From the NCBI GenBank assembly GCA_013815535.1, contig JACDGC010000002.1, positions 1-54,102 on the forward strand: DNA of 54,102 bases, in the 5' to 3' direction. The notes below the pieces were generated by a model. The model worked only from the letters and a program-made list of their open reading frames with translations. It was not told the origin of the DNA and made no database searches. Source of the DNA: Ktedonobacterales bacterium (GTDB taxonomy: Bacteria; Chloroflexota; Ktedonobacteria; Ktedonobacterales; JACDGC01). Position numbers and translations under genes: made by a program. This document shows, one piece after another, positions 28,479 through 37,858 of this stretch (position 1 is the stretch's first letter; every line of letters begins with the position of its first letter).

Positions 28479-29240
28479 ATGACCAGCGCCGCTCCCCATC
28501 CCCTGACCCTGCTGCAAGCTTTGGCCCATGAAGTACGCTGGCAGATCGTGACCGAACTGGCCCAGAGTGACCGCCGTGTCGGGGAACTGATGGCCGTGGT
28601 CGGGCGGCCCCAAAACTTCGTATCGTACCACCTCAAACAACTGCGCCAAGCGGGGCTGGTGCGCGAGCGGCGCAGCATCGCGGATGGGCGCGATGTCTAC
28701 TACACCCTCGATCTGCTCGCCCTGCGCGAGCAACTCAGCGTCACGGGGGCACACCTCCATCCGGCCCTCATGCCGACCTGGGAACCGCCAACGCTCGATC
28801 TGCGCTCGCCCCTGCCACGTCCCATCCACGTCTTGTTTCTGTGTACCCATAACAGTGCCCGCTCCCAGATCGCGGAGGCGCTGCTGCGGTATGCGACCCA
28901 TGGAGCCATCGAGGTCTTCAGCGCGGGCACCCACCCCACGACCTTGCATCCCCTGGCGGTCACGGCCCTGGCCGAATTTGGGGTGGCCGATGCGGGCCTC
29001 TTCGCTAAGCCGCTCGCTCAGCTGGTGCCGTTGACCTTCGAGTACGTCATCACGGTCTGTGACCGTGCGCGCGAAGAGTGCCCCCCCTTCGCCGCCTCGA
29101 CGCAGGTGATCCATTGGAGTCTGCCTGATCCCCTAGAAGCTGAACCACTCAATCAGGCCCCCTTCACCGCGACGGCGCAGGAACTCAACACGCGCATCCG
29201 CTTCTTTCTCAGTCGCATTGCCCACGATTGGGTACCGTGA
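28479..29240 (+). CDS. ArsR-family HTH fused to LMW-PTP arsenate reductase (ArsR-ArsC)
   Basis: N-terminal ALAHEVRWQIVTELAQSDRRVGELMAVVGRPQNFVSYHLKQLRQAGLV. C-terminal [11 protein letters not shown] ... TVCDRAREEC. The start is 28479 or 28434. Confidence 0.8.
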   Translation: MTSAAPHPLTLLQALAHEVRWQIVTELAQSDRRVGELMAVVGRPQNFVSYHLKQLRQAGLVRERRSIADGRDVYYTLDLLALREQLSVTGAHLHPALMPTWEPPTLDLRSPLPRPIHVLFLCTHNSARSQIAEALLRYATHGAIEVFSAGTHPTTLHPLAVTALAEFGVADAGLFAKPLAQLVPLTFEYVITVCDRAREECPPFAASTQVIHWSLPDPLEAEPLNQAPFTATAQELNTRIRFFLSRIAHDWVP

Positions 29241-29265
29241 GCGCGTGTCCTTGCTCCGGTCGGTT

Positions 29266-29790
29266 TCACCCGTCAGCGTAGGACGTTGGCTGACGCGGTG
29301 CAAAGCGGCGCAGGGCGCGGACCAGAAATGGGAGGGTGATGAGGGTGGGCATCACCCAAAAAACCAGCACGGGGAGTCGCTGCAACAGCGGGATGAGATG
29401 CGCGTTGTCAACGTAAAAGGCCGTCAGCAGCACAACATACGACCCAATCATCCCGCACAGATGCGCTACCACCCACCAGTTCCCCAGCCACCGCTGCATC
29501 CACCCCGTCAGGCGATAGCGCCGCGCACCATAACTCCCCAGCGCCGCACCATACCCGACGGTTGCTAACCCGAGCAGATAGGCGTCGGCGGGCCAACGCT
29601 GGATAGCTAAAAGTGTTGCAGTGAAAAACACGACGGTATACGCCCAGAGATAGCGCACCCCCCAGGTCGGGTGGCGTCCTGGCTGCTTGGGCGCGGTGAA
29701 AGTGAGGATGCCCATGACGACCGTCGTCAGACCGGCGAGGGCATGGATGACCAGGGGCACGAAAAAGGGCCAGGGGAATCCGGCGATCAT
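29266..29790 (-). CDS. membrane protein (5 TM, DUF-type)
   Basis: Hydrophobic throughout. ATG 29790 chosen because the 5' extension of the track ORF is Cys-rich junk. Confidence 0.6.
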   Translation of the reverse strand: MIAGFPWPFFVPLVIHALAGLTTVVMGILTFTAPKQPGRHPTWGVRYLWAYTVVFFTATLLAIQRWPADAYLLGLATVGYGAALGSYGARRYRLTGWMQRWLGNWWVVAHLCGMIGSYVVLLTAFYVDNAHLIPLLQRLPVLVFWVMPTLITLPFLVRALRRFAPRQPTSYADG

Positions 29791-29818
29791 GGGGATGATC
29801 CTTTCATTGGTGGCCACC

Positions 29819-30295
29819 TCATGCGGCCAGCACAAACAACGCCCACAAGAGCACGCCAAATGTGGCCAGTTGCACGATGCAACGTCGTCCATGCCAGCGG
29901 GCAAAGCGCCTAAATACTTCCTGCAAGGTCGCTTCATCAAGATCGTGGTGGCGCAACTGGAGCAGCAATGGGGCCGCGCGACTCGTCGTCACAAGATGTG
30001 CGCCACTCAATCCCGCTGCCACGAAAATGGGAATTATCACGCTGCGGGGAAATCCGGCAAAGGGCAACAGTGCCACCGCAGCGACGACGAGCAGTGGGGC
30101 ACCCACGCCCAACAGGGGATACCACCGGAGACCGCCTTGCAGGTCCGCCGCCCGGATATAGGCGGCATACGCCAAGGCCCCCAGTTGGTGGCGTGCTGGC
30201 AATTGCACCACCGCTTTGTCGAGGCTGATGCCCGCCAGCAGACCGCTGAGTCCGGTCGCGGCGAGCAACACCCCAAGCAGGAGATATCTGATCAT
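29819..30295 (-). CDS. membrane protein (4 TM, DUF1772-like, tentative)
   Basis: Four helices. ATG 30295 overlaps the upstream stop (ATGA). Confidence 0.6.
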   Translation of the reverse strand: MIRYLLLGVLLAATGLSGLLAGISLDKAVVQLPARHQLGALAYAAYIRAADLQGGLRWYPLLGVGAPLLVVAAVALLPFAGFPRSVIIPIFVAAGLSGAHLVTTSRAAPLLLQLRHHDLDEATLQEVFRRFARWHGRRCIVQLATFGVLLWALFVLAA

Positions 30296-30888
30296 CGTGT
30301 TCGTTCCTTTCTCGTGAGGCGTTCCGCTTCATGAGGGTGACGGTCAAGTGGGGGTGTTACCCAGAATGGGAAGCAACAGAGCATGCCCAGGATGCCCGCG
30401 CCTGCCATCACCACCACGGCACCGCTCAGCGAGGGTTTGACCACCATCAGGAAGACAATTCCCAGCAGGAGTGGGACGAGCAGATACAGCGCCGTGATAA
30501 GCAGGGGATGGTGGATGCGCTCGTTGAGTGTATCGGTGAGTGGTCCATCTGGCGCAGCTTTTGCCAGTGTCGCGATGGCGCGCAGACGCGGTTCGATGAA
30601 GAGGGGGCTGATGGGCGCGATGAGGACGAGGGTTCCCAGCGCCACCACGATCCAGTCCGTGGTGAACTGCCAGGCCATCAGGGTCATGACGACCCCTGCC
30701 AGCAGCAGCACCACGATACTGCTCATGGCGCCCACCTGCGAGCGGAGCACCAGGGCCACGAGGGGACGAACTTCCTCAACCCGGTGCGCACGGCGTAGTG
30801 CCGTGAGGACGGCCACCCACAGCAGCAGGCTGCCAAAGAAGCCTAACGCACCAACGATGTGGAGGAAAAGCACCAGAGCATAGACCAC
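30292..30888 (-). CDS. membrane protein (about 6 TM)
   Basis: GTG 30888 is preceded by AAGGAGAACCCAACC. Hydrophobic helices throughout. Confidence 0.55.
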   Translation of the reverse strand: MVYALVLFLHIVGALGFFGSLLLWVAVLTALRRAHRVEEVRPLVALVLRSQVGAMSSIVVLLLAGVVMTLMAWQFTTDWIVVALGTLVLIAPISPLFIEPRLRAIATLAKAAPDGPLTDTLNERIHHPLLITALYLLVPLLLGIVFLMVVKPSLSGAVVVMAGAGILGMLCCFPFWVTPPLDRHPHEAERLTRKERTR

Positions 30889-31073
30889 GGTTGGGTTCTC
30901 CTTGCACGGATTCACCTCTGAGTGTAGGTGCGCCGCGCCTCGGCGTGAAGGGAGATCGCGCCGATCTTCCCCATGACAGATGTCACGGGGAAGTCCTGAC
31001 ACGTGGCGTTCCCCACGCAGGGGCCGTCCGCATACAATAAGACCACACCCCTTGGGGAAAGGAGGGCCGTCCC

Positions 31074-32267
31074 ATGCATCTGTTCCGCGCGTATTTTCGG
31101 CGTGTGTTGCGCCCCATACCGGCTACGGACGAGGCCACGCAAGCCCTCGGCATCTCGCCCTGGCTGTGGCGGTTGTACGTCGTGTTCTGGCTGATCTCCC
31201 TGGGATACACCGTTTTGTTGCTGCTTCAGACGCGGCTGAATCCGCTCCGAGTCGGCTTCATCCTGGGTGGCGGCGTGATCTTGGCCGGCAGTTATTTGGG
31301 GGTCATGTTGCCGCATCCCAGCGAACGGCTCACCGGGTGGCGGCCGCGCTTTGCCTGGGCGTTGCTGGGGTTCGTGACCTTGGTGGTGGTGGTGTTCTCC
31401 CTGAGCCTATTTGATGATCCTGCCTGGTTGTGGCTGTGCATCTGTGTCAGTGCCATCGCTGGCATCCTTTTTGCCCCCCGCCGCGCGGTGCTCATGGTCA
31501 CGACGCTGACGCTGCTCTGTTTGCTGGTGGGGTGGGTCCGTTTGGGATGGATGACCGCGATCCCCCTGGCCTTGCTTGTGCGCGGGTTAGGCATTGACAT
31601 GATTGGCGTGATCCTGCTCATGCGGGCCCTCCAGCGGCTGCAACGTCAACGGCAAGCACTGGCGCGGCTCGCGGTCACCGCAGAGCGCTTGCGCGTGGCC
31701 CGCGATCTCCACGATCTGTTGGGACGCAACCTGGCGGCGGTGACCCTCAAGAGTGCGCTCGCCGAGCGCCTGGTCTCCGTTGATCCCATCCGCGCCCGGG
31801 CTGAAATGCGTGCCGTGGAAGCTCTGGCGCGTGCCACGCTGCGCGAAGTGCGCGTGGCGCTTGCCGGGTATCGTCAGATGACCATCGCACACGAGATCGA
31901 AGGCGCGCGTCAAATCCTGCTGGCAGCCGGTATCACGCTTAGCATGACGGCAGATCGCCTGACACTGCCCCCGCGCATAGAGGGCGCGTTCGCCAGCGTC
32001 ATTCACGAAGGCGTGACGAATATTTTGCGTCATAGCCAGGCAACCCAGTGTCAAATCATGCTGGGCTGTACGGCACAGGTCATGTGGTTGGAGATCACGA
32101 ATGATGGCGGTGTTCCTGGCGTGCCGCCATCCGAACCGGGGCAGGGAATTGGCGGCTTGCGAGAACGTCTGGTCGCGCTGGGCGGCGGTGTCCTCGCGGA
32201 AAGGCGCGACCCCGACCGATTCTTTTTGCGTGCCGAGGCCCCCTTCACGGAGGAGGGAACGCCATGA
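31074..32267 (+). CDS. sensor histidine kinase (HisKA_3 / NarX-DesK type), polytopic N-terminus
   Basis: H-box RVARDLHDLLGRNLAAV, N box EGVTNILRHS, G box GQGIGGLRERL. Five to six N-terminal TM segments. Confidence 0.85.
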   Translation: MHLFRAYFRRVLRPIPATDEATQALGISPWLWRLYVVFWLISLGYTVLLLLQTRLNPLRVGFILGGGVILAGSYLGVMLPHPSERLTGWRPRFAWALLGFVTLVVVVFSLSLFDDPAWLWLCICVSAIAGILFAPRRAVLMVTTLTLLCLLVGWVRLGWMTAIPLALLVRGLGIDMIGVILLMRALQRLQRQRQALARLAVTAERLRVARDLHDLLGRNLAAVTLKSALAERLVSVDPIRARAEMRAVEALARATLREVRVALAGYRQMTIAHEIEGARQILLAAGITLSMTADRLTLPPRIEGAFASVIHEGVTNILRHSQATQCQIMLGCTAQVMWLEITNDGGVPGVPPSEPGQGIGGLRERLVALGGGVLAERRDPDRFFLRAEAPFTEEGTP

Positions 32268-32869
32268 TTCGCATCTTGTTAGCCGAAGACCAGGCTCTCG
32301 TGCGCGGTGCCCTCGCCGCCCTCCTGCGTTTGGAAAGCGACCTGGCGATCGTCGCGGAGGTGGCGCGCGGTGACGCGGTGGTCCCGACTGCCCTCGCCAC
32401 CCACCCCGATATCGCGCTGCTCGACATTGAGATGCCCGGCGGCGGTGGTTTGGCGGCGGCGCGTGCCTTACATGCGCAGCTCCCGGCGTGCCGAATCATC
32501 ATGGTGACGACCTTTGGACGCAGTGGCTATCTGCGCCAGGCGATGGAAGGTGGCGCGGTCGGTTTTCTGCTCAAAGACGCGCCACCGTCTGATCTGGTCG
32601 CCGCCATTCACCGCGTCCATGCAGGGGGCAAGGTTGTTGACCCTGAACTGGCCATGACGGCCTTGAGTGCGGGTCCCAATCCGCTCACCGACCGGGAACG
32701 TGCGGTATTGGCGGCGGCGTTAGACGGGGGAAGCATCGCGGTCATCGCGGCACGTATCGCGCTGGCGGAAGGGACCGTGCGCAACCACCTGTCGCTGGCG
32801 ATGCACAAACTGGGGGCGCAGAATCGGATGGAGGCCGCGCGGCGGGCGGAACAACAGGGGTGGTTGTGA
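32264..32869 (+). CDS. NarL/LuxR-family response regulator
   Basis: Receiver ILLAEDQ..LLDIEMPG and a LuxR HTH LTDRERAVL..GTVRNHLSLAMHKLG. ATGA overlap with the kinase. Confidence 0.9.
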   Translation: MIRILLAEDQALVRGALAALLRLESDLAIVAEVARGDAVVPTALATHPDIALLDIEMPGGGGLAAARALHAQLPACRIIMVTTFGRSGYLRQAMEGGAVGFLLKDAPPSDLVAAIHRVHAGGKVVDPELAMTALSAGPNPLTDRERAVLAAALDGGSIAVIAARIALAEGTVRNHLSLAMHKLGAQNRMEAARRAEQQGWL

Positions 32870-33054
32870 GACGGGTCCAGACGAACCGTATCTGCTGGGG
32901 GAGGCAGGCCTGTGGGGCCGCGCTGATGCCGATGGCGGGCAACGCACTCTTCGTAAAACCGCACGCCAGCAAAGAAGGTCCGTCACGAGGCACTGCCACG
33001 ATGGATAAAGCCTTTGCTGGCGCGATATCGGGCATCCTTTCCATAGTGACCCAT

Positions 33055-33093
33055 CTCACACCCTGCACCAGCCTTTCTGGCTCAGGGTGTGAG
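33055..33093. terminator. 11-bp stem-loop between convergent genes
   Basis: CTCACACCCTG-(17 nt)-CAGGGTGTGAG. No clear U tract. Confidence 0.35.
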
Positions 33094-33125
33094 GTGAGCT
33101 GTGCGTTAGCAATCAGCGGGTGGAG

Positions 33126-33221
33126 TTAACAACACGTCGTGTCGCAGCAGCCACCATCGCAGTCGCACGGGCCGTCGCCACAAGGGCAATCACACGCAGC
33201 AGAGATGTGCATCGTCGTCAT
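33126..33221 (-). CDS. 31-aa Cys/Asp-rich peptide (metallothionein-like), not in the ORF track
   Basis: Hand translation of ATG 33221 to TAA 33126 gives MTTMHISAACDCPCGDGPCDCDGGCCDTTCC (9 Cys, 6 Asp). GAAGGAAAA lies 6-7 nt upstream. It overlaps the last 32 nt of merR in another frame. Confidence 0.45.
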   Translation of the reverse strand: MTTMHISAACDCPCGDGPCDCDGGCCDTTCC

Positions 33222-33675
33222 ATGGATTTTCCTTCAGTGAAGTGAGGCCAATACAGCGCCCGTCCGTACAGGTGCTGAATGGCGCGGTACTCGTCGGGGG
33301 ACAAGCCACGATGGCTTGCCGATACTGTTGGACCTCCGCACGCAAAGCCGCCAGCGCCCCCATTTCCTGATCAATCGCCGCCAATCGCTGGGTGATCACG
33401 GCCAGCAAGCGGCGCTGCACCTCCGCGCAGCGGGCGGTGTCCGATCCGGTCAGGAGGGTCTTGATGTCAGCGAGGGAGGCTCCCAGGTGGCGGATGCGGC
33501 GCAGGAGGTGCAGCCGGGCGCAATCAGCGGAGCCATAGCGCCGATACTGATTCGTGCCGCGCTGCGGAGGGGGCAATACGCCGATAGCTTCGTAGTAGCG
33601 AATCACTTTCGCGTTGACGCCGGTTAGCTGCGCCAACTGGCCAATCGTGAAGTCGTCAGGGTCGCGTCGCATCAT
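33190..33675 (-). CDS. MerR-family transcriptional regulator
   Basis: FTIGQLAQLTGVNAKVIRYYEAIGVLPPPQRGTNQYRRY, a coiled-coil dimerisation helix and a Cys-containing C-terminus. Confidence 0.85.
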   Translation of the reverse strand: MMRRDPDDFTIGQLAQLTGVNAKVIRYYEAIGVLPPPQRGTNQYRRYGSADCARLHLLRRIRHLGASLADIKTLLTGSDTARCAEVQRRLLAVITQRLAAIDQEMGALAALRAEVQQYRQAIVACPPTSTAPFSTCTDGRCIGLTSLKENPYDDDAHLCCV

Positions 33676-33734
33676 GTTCCTCCTCTAAAACACACCGTAC
33701 ACCTTCCCAGCGTGGGAAGGTCAAGAGCCGCCGA

Positions 33735-34931
33735 TTACGCGATAGGATCCATGGTAACGGGCAAGAACAACACGATGGCACCGAGCACCGAGAGCAGCGC
33801 CAGCATGCCAAAGACGGGCGGATAGGTACCCCACCAGCCCAGCAAGAGACTCGCGCCAGCCGGGGCCGCCGCACGGGCGAGCGTCACGGCCAGGGCCAAT
33901 TGCCCGTTGACGCGCCCATAGATCAGCGTGCCGAAGCGGTCGGCCACCAGTCCAGCCCGCGCGGGCGAGATCACACCGAAGCCCGCCCCGAAGAGCACGA
34001 TGAAGACGATGATGCCCATCGTTCCTGGCACGAGCAGTAAGAGGATGATGCCAACGGCCTGGACCAGGAAAATCAGGGCGGTCATGGTGGCGCGGGTCCG
34101 CGCGGTGCTGCGCCAGGTGGCCACCATCCGGCCCACGAGCGAGACCCCACCAATGAGACCCGTCGCGGTAGCGGCCAGCGGTGCCGGGATGCCGCGTCCA
34201 CCCAGGAAGGGAACGAGATGCACCATGACCGCGACCAGTGCCATCTGGGCCAGCATGAAGGCCAGCACCAGTTGCCAGAAGCGCCAGGTCCGCCACGCGG
34301 CAACGGTTGTGCTCACGAGTAGCGTGTCTGCTTGCAGGGAGGGAAAAGGCCGTAAGAGCAGCGCGTTGGGCAGTCCCACGCCAACCAGGATCACCCCTGC
34401 GAGGACGAGGAGCGCGGGTCGCCACCCAACATGCTGGACGAGCAGCGCCGCGACGGGCAGATAGATCACGCTGGCGAGGCCGCCGCAGGTAGTCAGTACC
34501 GTCAGGGCGCGCTCCCGCTGCGGGAACCAGGCCGCGACGGTGGCGAAGGCGGGTTCATAGAGCGTCGCCGCCATCGCCAGTCCCAGCAGGATCCACAGAC
34601 CATAGAAGCCACCCAGCGTGCTCACCCGTGCCCAGAGCACGAGGCCCGCCACACCGAGCAGCGCGCCAACCGCCATGAGGGCACGGGGGTTGCGCGCATG
34701 GTCGAGCCAACGCCCCACCAGTAACCCGGCGATCCCCGACACCAGCAGCGCCAGCGAATACGCCCCGGTGAGGCTGGCCTGGCTCCAGTGCAGCTCGCGC
34801 CCCATCGGGGCCAGGAAGACCGGAAAGGCGTAGTAGAGGATGCCCCAGCTCGTCACTTCGGTGAACGAGAGCACCCCGACCTGGCCCCAAGGGTGCGCCC
34901 ATCCTGTCGTGGCGATACTGGTCTCAGCCAC
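33735..34931 (-). CDS. MFS transporter
   Basis: Twelve hydrophobic segments and GRWLD / GRMVATW MFS loops. GTG 34931 overlaps the upstream stop (GTGGCTGA). Confidence 0.8.
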   Translation of the reverse strand: MAETSIATTGWAHPWGQVGVLSFTEVTSWGILYYAFPVFLAPMGRELHWSQASLTGAYSLALLVSGIAGLLVGRWLDHARNPRALMAVGALLGVAGLVLWARVSTLGGFYGLWILLGLAMAATLYEPAFATVAAWFPQRERALTVLTTCGGLASVIYLPVAALLVQHVGWRPALLVLAGVILVGVGLPNALLLRPFPSLQADTLLVSTTVAAWRTWRFWQLVLAFMLAQMALVAVMVHLVPFLGGRGIPAPLAATATGLIGGVSLVGRMVATWRSTARTRATMTALIFLVQAVGIILLLLVPGTMGIIVFIVLFGAGFGVISPARAGLVADRFGTLIYGRVNGQLALAVTLARAAAPAGASLLLGWWGTYPPVFGMLALLSVLGAIVLFLPVTMDPIA

Positions 34932-36252
34932 GAGTGGCTCCCAGCACCGGGATGGCCTTCCCTTGCCACTTTGGGGCCACGGTGACGACGGGGTCGCAAC
35001 AGCCGCCCCCATCCGTTGAGCAGACGCCCGTTTCTGGTAACACCAATTGCACCTGCCGGGCACCAGCCAGATCCCCGGTGAGGGCACAGGCAATCGACCG
35101 CACCTGTTCATAGCCCGTGAGCATCAGGAAGGTTGGCGCGCGGCCATAGCTCTTCATCCCGACGATGAAGAAATCCGCTTCGGGGTGCTGCAATTCCTCA
35201 TAGCCATGCGGTGGCACGGTGCCGCAACTGTGGACATTGGGATCGATCAGGGGCGCCAGCGCGCGCGGACTCTCGACCGACGGATCGAGGTCCAGCCGTA
35301 ACTCGCGCGTCAGTTCGAGATCGGGGCGAAAGCCGGTGGCGACGATCAGTTCGTCGACATGGGGCAGATCGCCATGCGTGGTCGAGGCGACGATGCCTGC
35401 CTTCGTCAGGCGCACCCGTTCGATGGCGCTGTCGGTGTGCCGTTCGACCACACCCGCATCGATGACCCTTTGCAGGCGCTGACCCAACTGGCCGCGCGCG
35501 GGCAGGGCATCGGTGTCACCCCCCCCGAACAGCGTCCCCAGTGTGGCGCGGCGCACCGCCCAGACGATGCGTGTCGTCGGTTCCTGCTCCGCGAGGCGTG
35601 CGAGGTCCAAGAGGGCGTTGAAGGCGGAATGACCGCTGCCCACGACCAGCACGCGCTTCCCCGCGTAGCGCGCTCGCGCCGTCCCCAACACATCGGGAAT
35701 GCCGTAGGCGACACGAACGCCAAGCTTGGCTTCGCCAAGCGCGGGCAGCCCATTGGCCCCCAGCGGGTTGGGTTGGGCATACGTGCCGGAAGCGTCGATG
35801 ACCGCACAGGCCAGCACCTGCGTCGTCGCTCCAGCGGCTCCTCGGATCGTCAGCACAAATGGCGCGGCTTCACGGCCCGGCGTCTTCATTTTGTCGTAGC
35901 CCTGGCGCGCGACGGCGACCACCCGCGCGCCTAGGTGCAGATGCGGTGCGATGGTGGGTAAAGCCGCCAGGGGCCGCAGGTACTGATCAACGAGTTCCTG
36001 ACCCGTTGGCAAGGCTTCGGGATCGGGATCGCGCCAACCCGCCGCGTGGAGCAGGTCAGCGGCGGCGGCATCGATGAGATAGCGCCAGGGCGAGAAGAGG
36101 CGCACATGCCCCCATTCCGCGACGGCTGCCCCGACCTCGGTGCCGGCCTCGAAGATGATGGGCGTCGCCCCACGCGCCAGGAGTTGGGCCGCGGCGGCGA
36201 GGCCAACGGGACCGCCACCGATGATGGCGATGGGCAAAGTGGAGGTGTTCAT
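34924..36252 (-). CDS. FAD/NAD(P)-binding oxidoreductase (two-dinucleotide-fold flavoprotein; ArsO/FMO-like, tentative)
   Basis: IIGGGPVGLAAA and VLVVGSGHSAFNA Rossmann motifs. Cys cluster CSTDGGGCCD near the C-terminus. ATG 36252. Confidence 0.8.
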   Translation of the reverse strand: MNTSTLPIAIIGGGPVGLAAAAQLLARGATPIIFEAGTEVGAAVAEWGHVRLFSPWRYLIDAAAADLLHAAGWRDPDPEALPTGQELVDQYLRPLAALPTIAPHLHLGARVVAVARQGYDKMKTPGREAAPFVLTIRGAAGATTQVLACAVIDASGTYAQPNPLGANGLPALGEAKLGVRVAYGIPDVLGTARARYAGKRVLVVGSGHSAFNALLDLARLAEQEPTTRIVWAVRRATLGTLFGGGDTDALPARGQLGQRLQRVIDAGVVERHTDSAIERVRLTKAGIVASTTHGDLPHVDELIVATGFRPDLELTRELRLDLDPSVESPRALAPLIDPNVHSCGTVPPHGYEELQHPEADFFIVGMKSYGRAPTFLMLTGYEQVRSIACALTGDLAGARQVQLVLPETGVCSTDGGGCCDPVVTVAPKWQGKAIPVLGATRG

Positions 36253-36265
36253 TCGGATGGTCCTT

Positions 36266-37438
36266 TCAGATAGCCGCGAGACCCGTTGCCAGGTCCGCGA
36301 TGATATCATTGGCGTCTTCGATGCCCACCGAGAGCCGCAACAGGCCATCGGTGATGCCCGCCGCTAGGCGACGCTCGCGCGGCACGGCGGCATGGGTCAT
36401 CGACGCGGAATGTTGGATGAGGGTCGCCACATCGCCCAGGGAAACCGCCAATTGACACAGCGTCAGGTGATCGATGAGGCGCTGGCCGGCGCTGAGGTCG
36501 GCGACCTCGAAGGCGAGCATGCCGCCGCACCCGGTCATCTGGCGTGCCGCGAGCGCCTGCTGGGGATGGGTGGGTAAGCCTGGGTAGGCAACCTGTTGTA
36601 CCTGGGGGTGCCCCGCGAGGAACTGGGCGACGGCGAGGGCATTGGCGTTGTACTGTACCATGCGCAGGGCCAGCGTCTTGATGCCGCGCAGCACGAGCCA
36701 GGCCGTCTGCGGAGCGATGACCCCACCCAGAATCTTGTGGATACGCCAGCGGGCGTCATGGACGAAGGCGGCGGGACCCACGATGGCCCCAGCGGTCAGA
36801 TCGCCGTGGCCGCCCAGATATTTCGTGGCGCTGTGCACCACGATATCGACCCCCCAGTGCAAGGGTTGTTGGTTGTACGGGGTGGCGAAGGTGTTGTCCA
36901 TCACGGTCGTGATGCCGTGGGCCCGCGCCACCGCCACGACCGCTGCCATGTCCACGAGTTGGAGGCGGGGGTTGGCCGGCGATTCGAGATACAGCACCTT
37001 CGTCGTTGGACGAATGGCAGCGGCATACGCGGCAGGATCCGTGGCATCGACATAGGTGACGGCGACGCCCCAGGGGGTGAGCACCTCATCGAGCAGAGCG
37101 GTGGTGGTCGCGTACATCGCCAGCGGCGCGACCACATGGTCGCCGGGCCGTAGCAGCGTCAGGAAGGTGGTGGTGATGGCGGCCATCCCTGATGCCAGGG
37201 CCAGGGCGGCCTCACCGCCTTCCAGCGCGCAGAGCGCCGCTTCCAAGGCGGCTTGCGTCGGATTCCCCATGCGGCCATAGAAATAGCCGGGCTGCTCGCC
37301 GGCGTGGATCGCCGCCCCCTGTGCGGCATCGGGGAAAGCGAAGACCGCGGCATCATAGATCGGGGTCGAGAGGGCACCAAAGTGTGCGGCGGGATCTTCG
37401 CCCGCATGCACCATCGGGGTCTCGCGTGCGTAGGCCAT
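36266..37438 (-). CDS. PLP-dependent Cys/Met-metabolism enzyme (cystathionine gamma-synthase/lyase, methionine gamma-lyase family)
   Basis: HSATKYLGGHGD (PLP-Lys), RLSVGIED and STPIY motifs. GGAGGA lies 6 nt before ATG 37438. Confidence 0.85.
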   Translation of the reverse strand: MAYARETPMVHAGEDPAAHFGALSTPIYDAAVFAFPDAAQGAAIHAGEQPGYFYGRMGNPTQAALEAALCALEGGEAALALASGMAAITTTFLTLLRPGDHVVAPLAMYATTTALLDEVLTPWGVAVTYVDATDPAAYAAAIRPTTKVLYLESPANPRLQLVDMAAVVAVARAHGITTVMDNTFATPYNQQPLHWGVDIVVHSATKYLGGHGDLTAGAIVGPAAFVHDARWRIHKILGGVIAPQTAWLVLRGIKTLALRMVQYNANALAVAQFLAGHPQVQQVAYPGLPTHPQQALAARQMTGCGGMLAFEVADLSAGQRLIDHLTLCQLAVSLGDVATLIQHSASMTHAAVPRERRLAAGITDGLLRLSVGIEDANDIIADLATGLAAI

Positions 37439-37501
37439 GCTGTCCTCCATTCATTGATAGATATCGATGGGTTACGGCAAAAAAGGGGAGTGCATGGGCG
37501 C

Positions 37502-37852
37502 TTACCCCAAGGACAATGCTACTATCAGGGCGCGCTGCCCCGCGTCGGTCACCCAATAATATGCCCAAACACCGCGCTTTTCACAGTCGACGAAGCGTGC
37601 CTCGCGTAACAGCCGCAGATGATGGCTAATCGTCGGCTGATGTTGATCGAATTGGGCGGTGATGTCACAGACACACAGCGGCTCCGTCTGCTGCGCCAGT
37701 AAGCTCAGCATGCGTAACCGCGTCGGATCCGCCAACGCCTTGAGGGCCTCGGCCAGCCGTAGGGCGGTGTCGGGTGCCAGGGTCGGCGGTGCCCCAGGGG
37801 GGCAGCACCCATTGGGTGCAAGCACCGAGACGGGAGGTGTGTTGGTGTTCAC
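37502..37852 (-). CDS. arsR: ArsR/SmtB-family metalloregulator
   Basis: LADPTRLRMLSLL...PLCVCDITAQF...TISHHLRLLREARFV. The CVC metal site is in the helix-3 position. GTG 37852 avoids overlap with the upstream gene. Confidence 0.8.
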   Translation of the reverse strand: MNTNTPPVSVLAPNGCCPPGAPPTLAPDTALRLAEALKALADPTRLRMLSLLAQQTEPLCVCDITAQFDQHQPTISHHLRLLREARFVDCEKRGVWAYYWVTDAGQRALIVALSLG

Positions 37853-37858
37853 AGGCCG

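Noticed and set aside
32860-33129. Track ORF (89 aa, + strand) opposite the Cys-rich peptide.
   Set aside because: No RBS and low-complexity sequence. It lies in the convergent intergenic region after the NarL regulator. The minus-strand micro-ORF with an RBS explains the region better.
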